From contig CAZJUB010000023.1 of assembly GCA_964549075.1 (NCBI GenBank), positions 1-37,509 of the forward strand: a stretch of DNA of 37,509 nt, written 5' to 3'. Shown here one piece after another: positions 1 to 9,759 of the stretch (the stretch's first letter is position 1; each line of letters starts with the position of its first letter). The translations under genes were made by a program, and so were the position numbers. The notes beneath the pieces were generated by a model that was not told the origin of the DNA, ran no database searches, and worked only from the letters and a program-made list of their open reading frames with translations. Origin of the DNA: an uncultured archaeon (GTDB taxonomy: Archaea > Asgardarchaeota > Heimdallarchaeia > Heimdallarchaeales > Heimdallarchaeaceae).

Positions 1-2
1 AT

Positions 3-95
3 CTGGCTAGACCAAAAATTCTACCCGAATATCTATTCATGCAGTATATGACATTTATTAGAGATTTAATTGATAGATTACCAAAAGCAAGGTAA
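3..95 (+). CDS. 3' end of an upstream gene (partial, ...LARPKILPEYLFMQYMTFIRDLIDRLPKAR*)
   Basis: Open frame from the window edge to TAA at 93-95, ending 17 nt before the MoxR start; likely the same operon. Confidence 0.6.
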   Translation: MARPKILPEYLFMQYMTFIRDLIDRLPKAR

Positions 96-112
96 AGGAA
101 ATGTGAAAAAAA

Positions 113-1111
113 ATGAGTGAAGAAAAACAAGAAGAAAAAGGAAAAACAAAAGCAGCTACAGAAGCAGTGGTTACTCCAAAAGATATCAAGAGAGTATGGG
201 ACGAAATCTACAGCGAATTGAAAAGAGTCATTATTGGCAAATTGGATATTCTTGAAGATATGTTCATATCTCTATTGGCAGGAGGACATTGTCTTTTAGA
301 AGGTGTTCCAGGTATAGCAAAAACAGTGATGGCGAAGACCTTTGCACAAACTCTAGGATGTGAGTTTAAACGTGTTCAGTTTACACCAGATCTATTACCA
401 TCTGATGTTGTAGGTACCACCATTTATGATCCTAAAGCAGGAACATTCAAAATGAGAAAAGGACCTATATTTACCAACATTCTTCTAGCAGACGAAATTA
501 ACAGAAGTCCTCCAAAAACACAAGCTGCTCTATTAGAAGCAATGGCAGAAAAACAAGTTACAGTAGAAGGTACAACCTTCAAACTCGAAGATCCGTTCTT
601 GGTTATCGCTACACAGAATCCAATTGAGCAAGAGGGAACTTATCCTCTACCAGAAGCTCAGGTGGATAGATTCATGTTTAAGCTTCTAGTCGATCTTCCT
701 TCCCCAGAGGAGGAAATGGAAATCATCAGACTTAAGCATAGACAAATTCGACAAACTGTTAGAAGAGTCACAACTCCGATGACAATTGTCAAAATGAAAG
801 AAACTGTTGAAACCAAGATCTATATCCATGAAGATATAATGGAGTACATCAAAGAAGTTGTAGTAGCTACAAGGAGAGATTCCAGATTGCAACTTGGAGG
901 AAGTCCACGATGTAGTATTGCTTTATTGAGTTCTGCAAAATCAGTTGCAGCTATGAGAGGTAGAGACTATGTTATTCCTGATGATGTTAAGAGAATAGCA
1001 AGAGTAGCTACAGCACATAGGTTGCAAATGAAACCAGAAGCAGAGTTAGAAGGAACAACAGGTACAATGGTTGTCAATGAAATATTGAGAAACCTACCAG
1101 TGCCTGTGTAG
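113..1111 (+). CDS. moxR: MoxR-family AAA+ ATPase
   Basis: Walker A GVPGIAKT, RVQFTPDLLPSD, Walker B LADEINR, ATQNPIEQEGTYPLPEAQVDRF and GGSPR. Confidence 0.95.
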   Translation: MSEEKQEEKGKTKAATEAVVTPKDIKRVWDEIYSELKRVIIGKLDILEDMFISLLAGGHCLLEGVPGIAKTVMAKTFAQTLGCEFKRVQFTPDLLPSDVVGTTIYDPKAGTFKMRKGPIFTNILLADEINRSPPKTQAALLEAMAEKQVTVEGTTFKLEDPFLVIATQNPIEQEGTYPLPEAQVDRFMFKLLVDLPSPEEEMEIIRLKHRQIRQTVRRVTTPMTIVKMKETVETKIYIHEDIMEYIKEVVVATRRDSRLQLGGSPRCSIALLSSAKSVAAMRGRDYVIPDDVKRIARVATAHRLQMKPEAELEGTTGTMVVNEILRNLPVPV

Positions 1112-1128
1112 ATTTAAAAGAGAAATAG

Positions 1129-2589
1129 GTGGAAATAGTGTTTACACGCCGTGGAGGATGGTTGGTATTTGCTGGAATCATCATGATTAGCGTAGGCTTT
1201 GCTCTAGCCGGATATTTATCAATCAACGTTATGTTCGACTCGTTCGGATTCAATCCACAAGCAAACGATACCTATGTTGATCCAGGAGAAGCTCAAGGGT
1301 TTGGAGTAATGGATTTCCTTCATTTCTATATGGATAGAGCAGGAACCTTGGTCTGGTTCTTTATAATAGGTGGAGTAATGTTAATATTCTCCGTTCTATT
1401 GGGACTACCTTTCTATAGATTGGGATCCAATCCAAAATCAATTGAAATAAAACGACGAGTATCAAAACCAAAAGCATTTGCAGGAGATTATGTATATATT
1501 GAAGTTACTGTAAGAAACAAATCTGTAAACCAATTACCTTCAATTGAAATATATGATGCAATACCTGAGGTTTTTGACCTAGTATTAGGAGAAAATTTCA
1601 TTGTAACACAACTAAATCCCAGACAGACTATAAGTTATGGATATGTTGTACGAATTCCAATTAGAGGATTATTTGAGATAGGTCCAACAAAAGTTATTAT
1701 AAGAGATAGAATGGGATTCTATGCAACAGAAGGAAAAATCAAGTCTAAAACAGAAATACTAGTTTATCCAAGTTATGAAGATATAAAGAAACTAGAGATG
1801 GTTGGAAAGAAAAGACAACTTGGTTTACTTTTTGGAGTACACAGAACAAAACTCAAAGGTATGGGTACTGAATTCTGGGGTATTAGGAAGTATCAAACTG
1901 GTGATGCTTTCAAATTCATTGATTGGAAAGCTTTCTCTCGTTCTGGTAAAATGATGGTTCGTGAATTCGAATCTGAAGAGAATATCCGTCTCATTATCAT
2001 GGTAGATTCTTCTGCTAGTATGGGTGCCGGTTTACCTCGAAATACTAAACTTGAGTATGCTATCCGTAGTGCTGTACTTCTTATCCATTTGGCATTTGAG
2101 AAACGAGATCTTGTCGGTTTATGTGTTTATGGTGATAAAGTTAAGAATTGGGTTGATATCACTTCTACTCGAACCCGTTTATTCCAGTTTCTTGAAGTTT
2201 TAGCCCATACTAAACCAGAAGGTGAATCTAACCTTGAGAGTGCTATAGAATATGTGCTCCAACGAGTTAAGCGTTCTTCTTATCTTATTATTTTAACTGA
2301 CCTTGAGTCTCATCCAGAGAAAATGGTCCAAGCAGTTCGACGTGCTCGAGCTAGAAAGCATAATATTACTTTATTGTCTCCTTTTGGACCTTGGTTTGAG
2401 ATTGTATCTCAACAGCTTTCTCCTTTGGAACAGATGATAGGTTATGCAATGGTTGAGAAACAATTAGGAGAGCGACAGAACATGTTTAAAATGCTTCGCA
2501 GATATGATGCTGTATCAATTTCTGTAGGACCAGATGACTTTTTGCCAACAGTAATGGCTCAATTTAATAGGATGCAAAGACAAGGGTGA
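1129..2589 (+). CDS. DUF58 / vWA-like MoxR partner protein with two N-terminal TM helices
   Basis: EFWGIRKYQTGD...IDWKAFSR, VREFE, MIDAS-like DSSASM and downstream TD; directly follows MoxR. Confidence 0.9.
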   Translation: MEIVFTRRGGWLVFAGIIMISVGFALAGYLSINVMFDSFGFNPQANDTYVDPGEAQGFGVMDFLHFYMDRAGTLVWFFIIGGVMLIFSVLLGLPFYRLGSNPKSIEIKRRVSKPKAFAGDYVYIEVTVRNKSVNQLPSIEIYDAIPEVFDLVLGENFIVTQLNPRQTISYGYVVRIPIRGLFEIGPTKVIIRDRMGFYATEGKIKSKTEILVYPSYEDIKKLEMVGKKRQLGLLFGVHRTKLKGMGTEFWGIRKYQTGDAFKFIDWKAFSRSGKMMVREFESEENIRLIIMVDSSASMGAGLPRNTKLEYAIRSAVLLIHLAFEKRDLVGLCVYGDKVKNWVDITSTRTRLFQFLEVLAHTKPEGESNLESAIEYVLQRVKRSSYLIILTDLESHPEKMVQAVRRARARKHNITLLSPFGPWFEIVSQQLSPLEQMIGYAMVEKQLGERQNMFKMLRRYDAVSISVGPDDFLPTVMAQFNRMQRQG

Positions 2590-4112
2590 AGAAAATGGAA
2601 TCATTATCAGATACAAGAATTATTAACCTTGGAATAAGAGGTGTTCAAAGAAGGATTAAGGGGGCTCGAACCCAAACATTAATTACTCATACAATTGGAA
2701 GATTATTAGCAATTGGTGCGATAGCTTGGGTATTAATACAGCTCTTTACAATCATAGCTTTCGATGATCCCGCGAAATTTCCCGAGGGTTATTTTATTGA
2801 TTCTCTCTCGTTTATCTTCATCTTGATTGAATTAATAGCTATTATCATCTTTACTGCACCTCTGATGATCTTTGTTGCGTTCTTGGGTGATGATGCTACT
2901 GGTATTTTATTAGGAGCTAAAGCGTTTCTAACAGGGGATCTGTTTGGTAGTATAAGTCCTCCTTCAGGAGTGAATAGTAATTTACTGTTTGGTACAGAAG
3001 CTTTAGATATGTTTTCATCATTTGCATACTTATTCAGTCCAGAGATATTACAACCTTTACGTATAGCAAATAGAGCGTCACTTATGCTGTTTTTCATAGT
3101 GTTGCTTATCATATCTTTAGCAGCATTCCTATTTAGAGCAGATATGCGTTCAGCTGCAGCTGCTTTTGTTAGTATTCAAGTAATAGTATTCCAAGGAAGT
3201 GTTCAATTATTATTCGGTTCAAGTTTCCGATTTTCTCCAACAAAGAATATTGGAGAACTCTTCTCAAATAGTGTAGTACTAATAGCACTCGCTTCATATC
3301 TATTTCTGGAAATTGCTTTACAGATATCATACATCTCACAATTGCTGAATCCAACGCAAAGCAGACAACAAAGAGTTTTGAGAGCACTAAATCGTTTAGA
3401 TCAATTTAGACTTGGCGTTACGAAAGCTACTCCAGTTACGTTCACAGAAACAGAGGAAACGAAAGAAGCTGGAGAAAAAGAAGAAAAGCAAGCTACCAAA
3501 TCTATAGGTAGTACAGGTAGTGCTATTGCTCGTAAATTTGGTGTTGCAGGGATGACTTATTTCTTAGAAAAGGCTTCAGATTCCTTATTCTCTCGTCCTG
3601 GAGGACAAAGAGATAAACTAACATCTAGATTACAAAGGTATCATGATGGATTGATACACAGTGATCCTAGAGTGGATGAAAAACTAGTTGGTGCTGAAGT
3701 TTCTGTTAAACCACTTATGACAATAGTTTATGTTCTAACTTCAGTTATCTTCAGAGTTCTTATTATGTTAGCAGGATTATATGCCATACTCAATCCTGAT
3801 GTTTTACTATTTGTTTTGAGATATCCTGCTCCAATCTACAATTCATTAGAAATGTTACAACCAGAAGGTGTTGTGTTACTACTCATTCCGATAGTTGTTA
3901 TTATTCTGCTACTTACTTCTTTGATTGGTTATATCCAAGAGAGATTCTCAAAACGTTTTGAAGAATCTTTAGAATCAACATTGGAGGAAGAAGAATTCTT
4001 TGAAGAAGAACTTCCTGGTATAATAACTGAAGGAGAAATAGAACCAATATCGGAAGAAGAATTGTTCTATGAACAACTTTCAGAAGAATTTGGGGACGAC
4101 ATTGAAGAGTGA
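2586..4112 (+). CDS. Polytopic membrane protein of unknown function with a very acidic C-terminal tail
   Basis: GTG start overlaps the DUF58 stop (GTGA); about 8 hydrophobic segments; Glu-rich last ~55 aa. Confidence 0.8.
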   Translation: MKKMESLSDTRIINLGIRGVQRRIKGARTQTLITHTIGRLLAIGAIAWVLIQLFTIIAFDDPAKFPEGYFIDSLSFIFILIELIAIIIFTAPLMIFVAFLGDDATGILLGAKAFLTGDLFGSISPPSGVNSNLLFGTEALDMFSSFAYLFSPEILQPLRIANRASLMLFFIVLLIISLAAFLFRADMRSAAAAFVSIQVIVFQGSVQLLFGSSFRFSPTKNIGELFSNSVVLIALASYLFLEIALQISYISQLLNPTQSRQQRVLRALNRLDQFRLGVTKATPVTFTETEETKEAGEKEEKQATKSIGSTGSAIARKFGVAGMTYFLEKASDSLFSRPGGQRDKLTSRLQRYHDGLIHSDPRVDEKLVGAEVSVKPLMTIVYVLTSVIFRVLIMLAGLYAILNPDVLLFVLRYPAPIYNSLEMLQPEGVVLLLIPIVVIILLLTSLIGYIQERFSKRFEESLESTLEEEEFFEEELPGIITEGEIEPISEEELFYEQLSEEFGDDIEE

Positions 4113-4124
4113 TGCCCTCTCACT

Positions 4125-4280
4125 CATTTTTCCTTTCCTTTTTCTATTTTTCATTATTTTGCAAAGAATTTTTTCCACTGGAAACAATAAGGTCCTTCTT
4201 GCAAGTGTATCCTATTAAGAAGGTGACTACTTAACAGTAGTGCAAATTATAAAAATAAAATGAAAATAAAGAAAAGAGAA
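4125..4280. terminator. Convergent intergenic region with oligo-T terminator tracts for both strands
   Basis: T-rich run at 4125-4160 after the + gene; A-rich run at about 4248-4280 (T-rich on the - strand) after the EF-2 stop. Confidence 0.5.
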
Positions 4281-6509
4281 TTAGGTTCTTTTATACATGA
4301 ACCTTTCCCAGTTAGATACATCAGGAACTTGAGGTGATAGTTCTTTTCGAACTCTAATTGATTCTATTATTTCAGCTTCAAGATTTGTTGGTACTGGTTC
4401 AAATCCTGTGAATTCATAACCAAAGAATGCTTTTCCTGAGCTGTTTCCTCTGATCTCATCTGCTAGATCAATTGTTTCAGCTGTAGGTATTTTACCTTTA
4501 ATTCTTGTATTTTCTCCTTCTTGAATCATGTCTAGAATTATTCCTCTATTTTGAGTAATTACTTTAGACATGTTACCTACAAAATCTGAAGGTACTTTGA
4601 TATCTATGATTAATATAGGTTCAAGAAGATGAGGATCACTAGTTAGGAAAGTTGTATGAAAAGCAGCTAAACTCATCTGGAATATTTCACTAAATCCAGT
4701 ATGAGCTGGATCAACGTGGACAGTTGCATCTGTAATGATAAATCGTGTTCCCATTAAAGGTTCCTTTGCCAGAGTTGCTCCATCGCAGAATTCATGAAAT
4801 ATTTGAATGATATATGCTTTAATATTATCTAGTCTCTGAACACCTGTTGTAGCATCTATCAATACATTGGTATCTTTGATATACCATATCCTTCTAGCTA
4901 ATTTAGAATCCCATTCTGCTTGTTCATGAAGCATATTTGCTCTTTCTCTTCTGTCTTGGTCATTATGGACTTTTCCTGATTTGATAAGTTTAAACGATTT
5001 TTCATCTAAAGGTTCAACATGAACCATTAATCTGTTGTGTCCATTTGGAGATTTTGCATGAACACTGATTCCAGGTTTAGTTGGGACTTCTCTATATACA
5101 ATAATTGGATCACTTACCTCAATAGGAACTTGTTCTTCAATCCTTGTCACTAATATCTCTATTTGAAGAGGGTCAATACCTGAAAGAACGTATGTTTTGG
5201 ATTCTTGATCATGTCGAAATGTAGCAGTTGGGTCAGCCATAATCCATTTAGAAACAACCTCTCCAAGTTTAGCGATATCTTGAGGATCTTTTGGTTTGAT
5301 AGTTCTACTTACCACCGGTTCAGCTACATAAGAAATTTCTTCAAAAGGAGTTAAGTGTTCTTCCTTGCCTTCTCTGACAAAGGTCTCTCCTGCTGGAGTG
5401 ATAAAACCATAAATAGCAAATAGATTGCCTGCAGGAATTTCATCGACATCAAGAATGTCAGTGATTTCCATTACACCTAAACGTTTGATTCTGCTAGTTG
5501 TTTTTTTACCCATCAAATATAATGTATCTGAACTTTTGAGTGTTCCTGAAAATACTCTACCAATTAAAGTAGGCCGCTTTGATTTGGGTTCAATGAAAAT
5601 TTTAGTTATCATACCCATCAAAGGTCCATTTCTATCACAGTTCATCAAAGCTTTACCTTCAGGAGTTTCGATATCTCCATCCCAAATAGCTGGAATTTTT
5701 AGCTTCTGTCCTTCAACTGGATTTGGAAGGTGTAAAATAACCATCTCAAGAAGAGGTTCTTCTAATGGCAAGTTTGTTCTTAACCAAGCTTTATCATCTT
5801 CTTCATATTTAGCAAAGACATCTTGAGGTTTAATCTTTAATTTCATTAATGTAGCCATATTGAAAGCCCAGCCATCTTTTGCACTTCCTACAGCAACAGA
5901 ACCATCTTTGAAAGAGACTTGCCAGTCTTTACCTTTAGGTGCACTATCTCTAATGAGTTTATTTACACCGTTGATAATAGCATCAATCTTTTGAAAAACA
6001 TCAACTGGTGCCAATCTTAGTTCAGAAATGAGCCTATCTACTTTGTTAATAAATAGAACTGGCTTACATTTTTCATTTAAACTTAATCTAATATTTGTTT
6101 CAGTTTGAGTCATTACACCTTCAAGAGCATCTACAAGTAGGATTACACCATCACTTCCACGAAGTGCTCTACTTACCTCTCCTGTAAAACTGATGTGTCC
6201 TGGTGTATCATTAATTTCAAATAAATAGGATTTCTTGTCTCCATTTTCATCTACATAATCATAGTTCAATAATACAACTGAAGTGAATATAGTGATACCT
6301 CTTTCTTGCTCTTCTTCATCTGAGTCCATCATAACTTTGACCCCAGCGTCTTTGTCACTCATGAGCCCAGCTTTTCTTAAAAGATAATCACTTGTAGTTG
6401 TTTTACCATGATCGATATGAGCAGCTATCGAAAAAACTCTTCTAAGACTCATGGGGTGATTTTTAATCATATTACGGATTTCATCGGCATTCTTTACACG
6501 AACCATCAT
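4281..6509 (-). CDS. Translation elongation factor EF-2 homologue, probably the Asgard paralogue aEF-2p
   Basis: G1 AHIDHGKTT, G2 RGITI, G3 DTPGH, G4 NKVD, KSPNGHNR; domain IV loop HVDPAHTG (HTG rather than HRG); no neighbouring ribosomal protein genes. Confidence 0.9.
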   Translation of the reverse strand: MMVRVKNADEIRNMIKNHPMSLRRVFSIAAHIDHGKTTTSDYLLRKAGLMSDKDAGVKVMMDSDEEEQERGITIFTSVVLLNYDYVDENGDKKSYLFEINDTPGHISFTGEVSRALRGSDGVILLVDALEGVMTQTETNIRLSLNEKCKPVLFINKVDRLISELRLAPVDVFQKIDAIINGVNKLIRDSAPKGKDWQVSFKDGSVAVGSAKDGWAFNMATLMKLKIKPQDVFAKYEEDDKAWLRTNLPLEEPLLEMVILHLPNPVEGQKLKIPAIWDGDIETPEGKALMNCDRNGPLMGMITKIFIEPKSKRPTLIGRVFSGTLKSSDTLYLMGKKTTSRIKRLGVMEITDILDVDEIPAGNLFAIYGFITPAGETFVREGKEEHLTPFEEISYVAEPVVSRTIKPKDPQDIAKLGEVVSKWIMADPTATFRHDQESKTYVLSGIDPLQIEILVTRIEEQVPIEVSDPIIVYREVPTKPGISVHAKSPNGHNRLMVHVEPLDEKSFKLIKSGKVHNDQDRRERANMLHEQAEWDSKLARRIWYIKDTNVLIDATTGVQRLDNIKAYIIQIFHEFCDGATLAKEPLMGTRFIITDATVHVDPAHTGFSEIFQMSLAAFHTTFLTSDPHLLEPILIIDIKVPSDFVGNMSKVITQNRGIILDMIQEGENTRIKGKIPTAETIDLADEIRGNSSGKAFFGYEFTGFEPVPTNLEAEIIESIRVRKELSPQVPDVSNWERFMYKRT

Positions 6510-6851
6510 AATCCCTTTTTATGTATTCTAACTATCGCAATTATCTTTAAAATATAAGTCTAATGATTATAGATAAACTAGTTTCATAGGTATCTTAGTA
6601 TCCAAAAACTCACAAGATGCTATTATGCATAGCTTAAAAAATAGAAAGTTTTAATGATTTAAATAACATTTTTAGCACTAATTCAGAAAGGAGGAAGGTA
6701 CATGTCGTGCTGGTCAGTTGGAAAAACTTGTTATGCAATCTAGAACAAAGAGCTTCTCTACAGATATTAGCTAGTCTTTTTGCGAATGTCGTAATTACTC
6801 TCCCCTTCAACAAAGAATTATTATAGACTCATCAAATTTAACTGCTTGAAG

Positions 6852-8003
6852 ATGGTTTCAGTTCGAGGTAATGCTTTAATCGGACCTAATTTAGAATTAA
6901 GAGAAAATTGCTTGATTCAAATTGATGATACAGGTGTGATAAGAGATATCTCTTTTGATAACATTTCCGCTGATTATTCTCTACCATCATCATACATAGT
7001 TGTTCCTGGTTTTGTAAATATGCATACTCATGTTGCAGATGCGTTTATTAAAGATCATACGTTTGGTCTGTCTATTGAGAAAGCAGTTGGACCAGAGGGT
7101 CTAAAACACAAACAGCTAAAAGTTAGTACACAAATAGAAAAATCAGAAAGCATACAAAATTCTTTAGAATTATTAGTAAAAAATGGTTTTACAACTTTTG
7201 TGGATTTTCGTGAAGAGGGTAGAGAAGGTATTCGTACATTAAGAAAAGAATTGAAAAACTTCCCAATTAGAGGTATAATATTGGGTCGCAAAATTACTGG
7301 AGAAAAAATTTCCCAAATATTTGAAATTGCAGACGGTTTAGGATTTTGTGATATTTTGTCAATAGCTAATGACTCTGTACTGGAGATAAAATCTTTGAAA
7401 AACAAAAATCCTGACAAATTAGTTTCTATCCATGCTGCTGAAACAATGGACTTAATCTCAGTCTCACTTACAAAATATGGTGTACCAGATGTAAAAAAAA
7501 TCTGTGAATACTCTATTTTTGATTTCATTGTTCATGCAACTTATTCTAACGAAGATGATATCCAATCATTAATGAAAAATGGAGTCAATGTAGTATGTTG
7601 TCCTATTGCTAATCTTTATCATGGATTGAAATTTCCACCAATAGCACTTATTTTAAGAAATAATGTTCTTTTAGGATTGGGAACAGATAATGTGTTAAGT
7701 TGTAATCCTGATCCTTTCAGATTAATGGCTTTCACATTATATTCAGCTAGGAGTAATTATCAAAATTTAGAACCGAAAGAAATACTCAAGGCTATAACCG
7801 TTAATGCAGGGAATATTTTAAAGAGGAAAATTGGTCAAATATCAATAGGATATAGTGGAGATTTATTAGGAATCAATCTAGGAAGTCCTAATACGAAATA
7901 TTCTAAAGATGTTTTTACAGCAATAACCATGAGAGCGGATATTGAAGATATTGGTTTTCAAATGTTTGAAGGAAAGATTGTCAAATGGAAAGACCTGAAG
8001 TGA
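6852..8003 (+). CDS. Metal-dependent amidohydrolase/deaminase (archaeal chlorohydrolase-like subfamily)
   Basis: PGFVNMHTHVAD (HxHxxD), GLKH, DFREEG, HAAE, HAT, LGTDN; ATG at 6852 (TTG at 6846 is an alternative start). Confidence 0.85.
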   Translation: MVSVRGNALIGPNLELRENCLIQIDDTGVIRDISFDNISADYSLPSSYIVVPGFVNMHTHVADAFIKDHTFGLSIEKAVGPEGLKHKQLKVSTQIEKSESIQNSLELLVKNGFTTFVDFREEGREGIRTLRKELKNFPIRGIILGRKITGEKISQIFEIADGLGFCDILSIANDSVLEIKSLKNKNPDKLVSIHAAETMDLISVSLTKYGVPDVKKICEYSIFDFIVHATYSNEDDIQSLMKNGVNVVCCPIANLYHGLKFPPIALILRNNVLLGLGTDNVLSCNPDPFRLMAFTLYSARSNYQNLEPKEILKAITVNAGNILKRKIGQISIGYSGDLLGINLGSPNTKYSKDVFTAITMRADIEDIGFQMFEGKIVKWKDLK

Positions 8004-8659
8004 TAATTAATGTGGCAAGTACTCTAGATGGAGTTATAGCTAATGAGAGAGGAGCATTAATTCTTTCGACAACAGAAGATTGGATAAGGGTACATGAGCT
8101 TCGAAACTCAGTCGATGCTATTTTAGTAGGTATAAATACAATTGTAAAGGATGATCCTCAATTGACAATTCGCTATGTAACTCCTAAAAAACCTCTTCCT
8201 TTAAGAGTGATTCTTGATTCAACATGCAAAATCCCTCCAACTTCAAAGGTATTAACCAATCTTGCAGATTATCCTACCTTAATAGTTACATCAGAGAATG
8301 CTCCTGAAGAAAAAATACACAAACTTAAGGAGATAGGAACTAAAATATTGAAAATTTCAAAATATCAATTTCCAGGCTATTTAGACCTAGAAGAAATGCT
8401 CCTTAAATTAAAACAAAATTATGGGATAAACAAAATACTAGTTGAAGGAGGTTCTACTATCATCACTCAATTTATTAAGTTAAATTTGGTAGATACAATA
8501 CACATATTTTATGTTACCAAATTTGCAGGTACAACTAATGCTAAACTGCTTTTTGAAGAGACTGTAGTACCAAATGTAGCTAATACTTTAAACTTCCATT
8601 TAGAAAAAATAGAACAATTAGAAGATGGTTATGTAATAACTCTCACACCAAATAGATGA
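7985..8659 (+). CDS. arfC: 2,5-diamino-6-ribosylamino-4(3H)-pyrimidinone 5'-phosphate reductase (stand-alone RibD C-terminal domain, ArfC/Rib7 type)
   Basis: ASTLDG, VHELRNSVDAILVGINT, DDPQLT, LVEGGS; no N-terminal deaminase domain. Confidence 0.85.
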   Translation: MERPEVIINVASTLDGVIANERGALILSTTEDWIRVHELRNSVDAILVGINTIVKDDPQLTIRYVTPKKPLPLRVILDSTCKIPPTSKVLTNLADYPTLIVTSENAPEEKIHKLKEIGTKILKISKYQFPGYLDLEEMLLKLKQNYGINKILVEGGSTIITQFIKLNLVDTIHIFYVTKFAGTTNAKLLFEETVVPNVANTLNFHLEKIEQLEDGYVITLTPNR

Positions 8660-9759
8660 TAATCATGGACTCTGAAGAAATTCTTAATTTAGTGAACAAT
8701 GATCGTAGTGAATTACATTCAAAAGCACAAGAAATAAAGACTAACACTTTTGGTAATATAGTGACTTTTTCACGTAATTTATTTGTTCCAGTTACCCACC
8801 AATGCAGAAATAGATGTGGATATTGCAGTTTTGTTTCAGATGACTCTAATAGTTGGATTACTCCAGAGAATTATCAAAGTTTACTCAAAGATGCAAAAAA
8901 TGCAAATTGTAAAGAAATTCTACTAACTCTAGGAGAGAAACCTGAAGAAAAATACCAATCGGCTAAAGATTATTTAAATCAATATGGATTCGATAAAACT
9001 GTAAATTACGTAAATCATTTTTGTGAATTAGCTCTTAACTTCAACCTACTCCCACATTCAAATCTAGGTGTTTTAACTTTTGATGAACTTGCTATTTTAA
9101 AAGAAAATAACGCTAGTATGGGTCTTATGTTGGAATCAAGTAGCTATCGTCTAATGGATAAAAATCAAGCTCATTATCTCTCTCCCGGAAAGGATCCTTC
9201 TCTTCGTCTTGATACATTAATTGAAGCTGGTAAGCTAAAAATACCATTCACTTCTGGTATCTTAATAGGTATTGGAGAAACTTGGGAAGAGCGGATACAA
9301 GCTCTATTCGATATTAAATCGATTCAAACAAAATATAGCAATATTCAAGAGGTTATAGTACAAAATTTCAATCCTCAGCCAGGAACACCTATGTCCTCTT
9401 GGTCTGCTCCCTTGGAATATGATGTTCTCCTAAGTATTTCTATAGCAAGAATAATATTACAACCATCAATCAACCTTCAAATCCCGCCAAATTTAAACAA
9501 ATATAGACTTATTGACGCTTTAAATTATGGTGCAAACGATTTAGGAGGGATCTCTCCTATCTCAATCGACTACATAAATCCAAATCACGAATGGCATAAA
9601 GAACAAGAATTAGCTGAAAAACTGAATAGTTCAAATTATGAATTAGTAGAACGATTACCTGTATATCCTTCTTATGAAAAATATTTAAACACTAGAATCC
9701 GAAAAATAATTGAGGAATATCGCGAAAATGAAAAAGCTCTCTACTCCAGTAATAGATGA
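8656..9759 (+). CDS. cofG: FO synthase subunit CofG (radical SAM)
   Basis: VTFSRNLFVPVTHQCRNRCGYC, LPHSN, SMGLMLES, HYLSPGKDP, IPFTSGILIGIGE, QEVIVQNF, QIPPNL, DLGGISP. Confidence 0.92.
   Translation: MIIMDSEEILNLVNNDRSELHSKAQEIKTNTFGNIVTFSRNLFVPVTHQCRNRCGYCSFVSDDSNSWITPENYQSLLKDAKNANCKEILLTLGEKPEEKYQSAKDYLNQYGFDKTVNYVNHFCELALNFNLLPHSNLGVLTFDELAILKENNASMGLMLESSSYRLMDKNQAHYLSPGKDPSLRLDTLIEAGKLKIPFTSGILIGIGETWEERIQALFDIKSIQTKYSNIQEVIVQNFNPQPGTPMSSWSAPLEYDVLLSISIARIILQPSINLQIPPNLNKYRLIDALNYGANDLGGISPISIDYINPNHEWHKEQELAEKLNSSNYELVERLPVYPSYEKYLNTRIRKIIEEYRENEKALYSSNR

Noticed and set aside
6680-6840. FMN riboswitch or C/D-box sRNA
   Set aside because: No FMN consensus; the TGATGA and CTGA words on the - strand are too far apart for a typical archaeal C/D guide.
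2586-9759. Selenocysteine or pyrrolysine read-through at TGA/TAG stops
   Set aside because: The stops coincide with the natural protein ends and mostly overlap the next gene's start; no truncated domains or SECIS-like hairpins were recognised.
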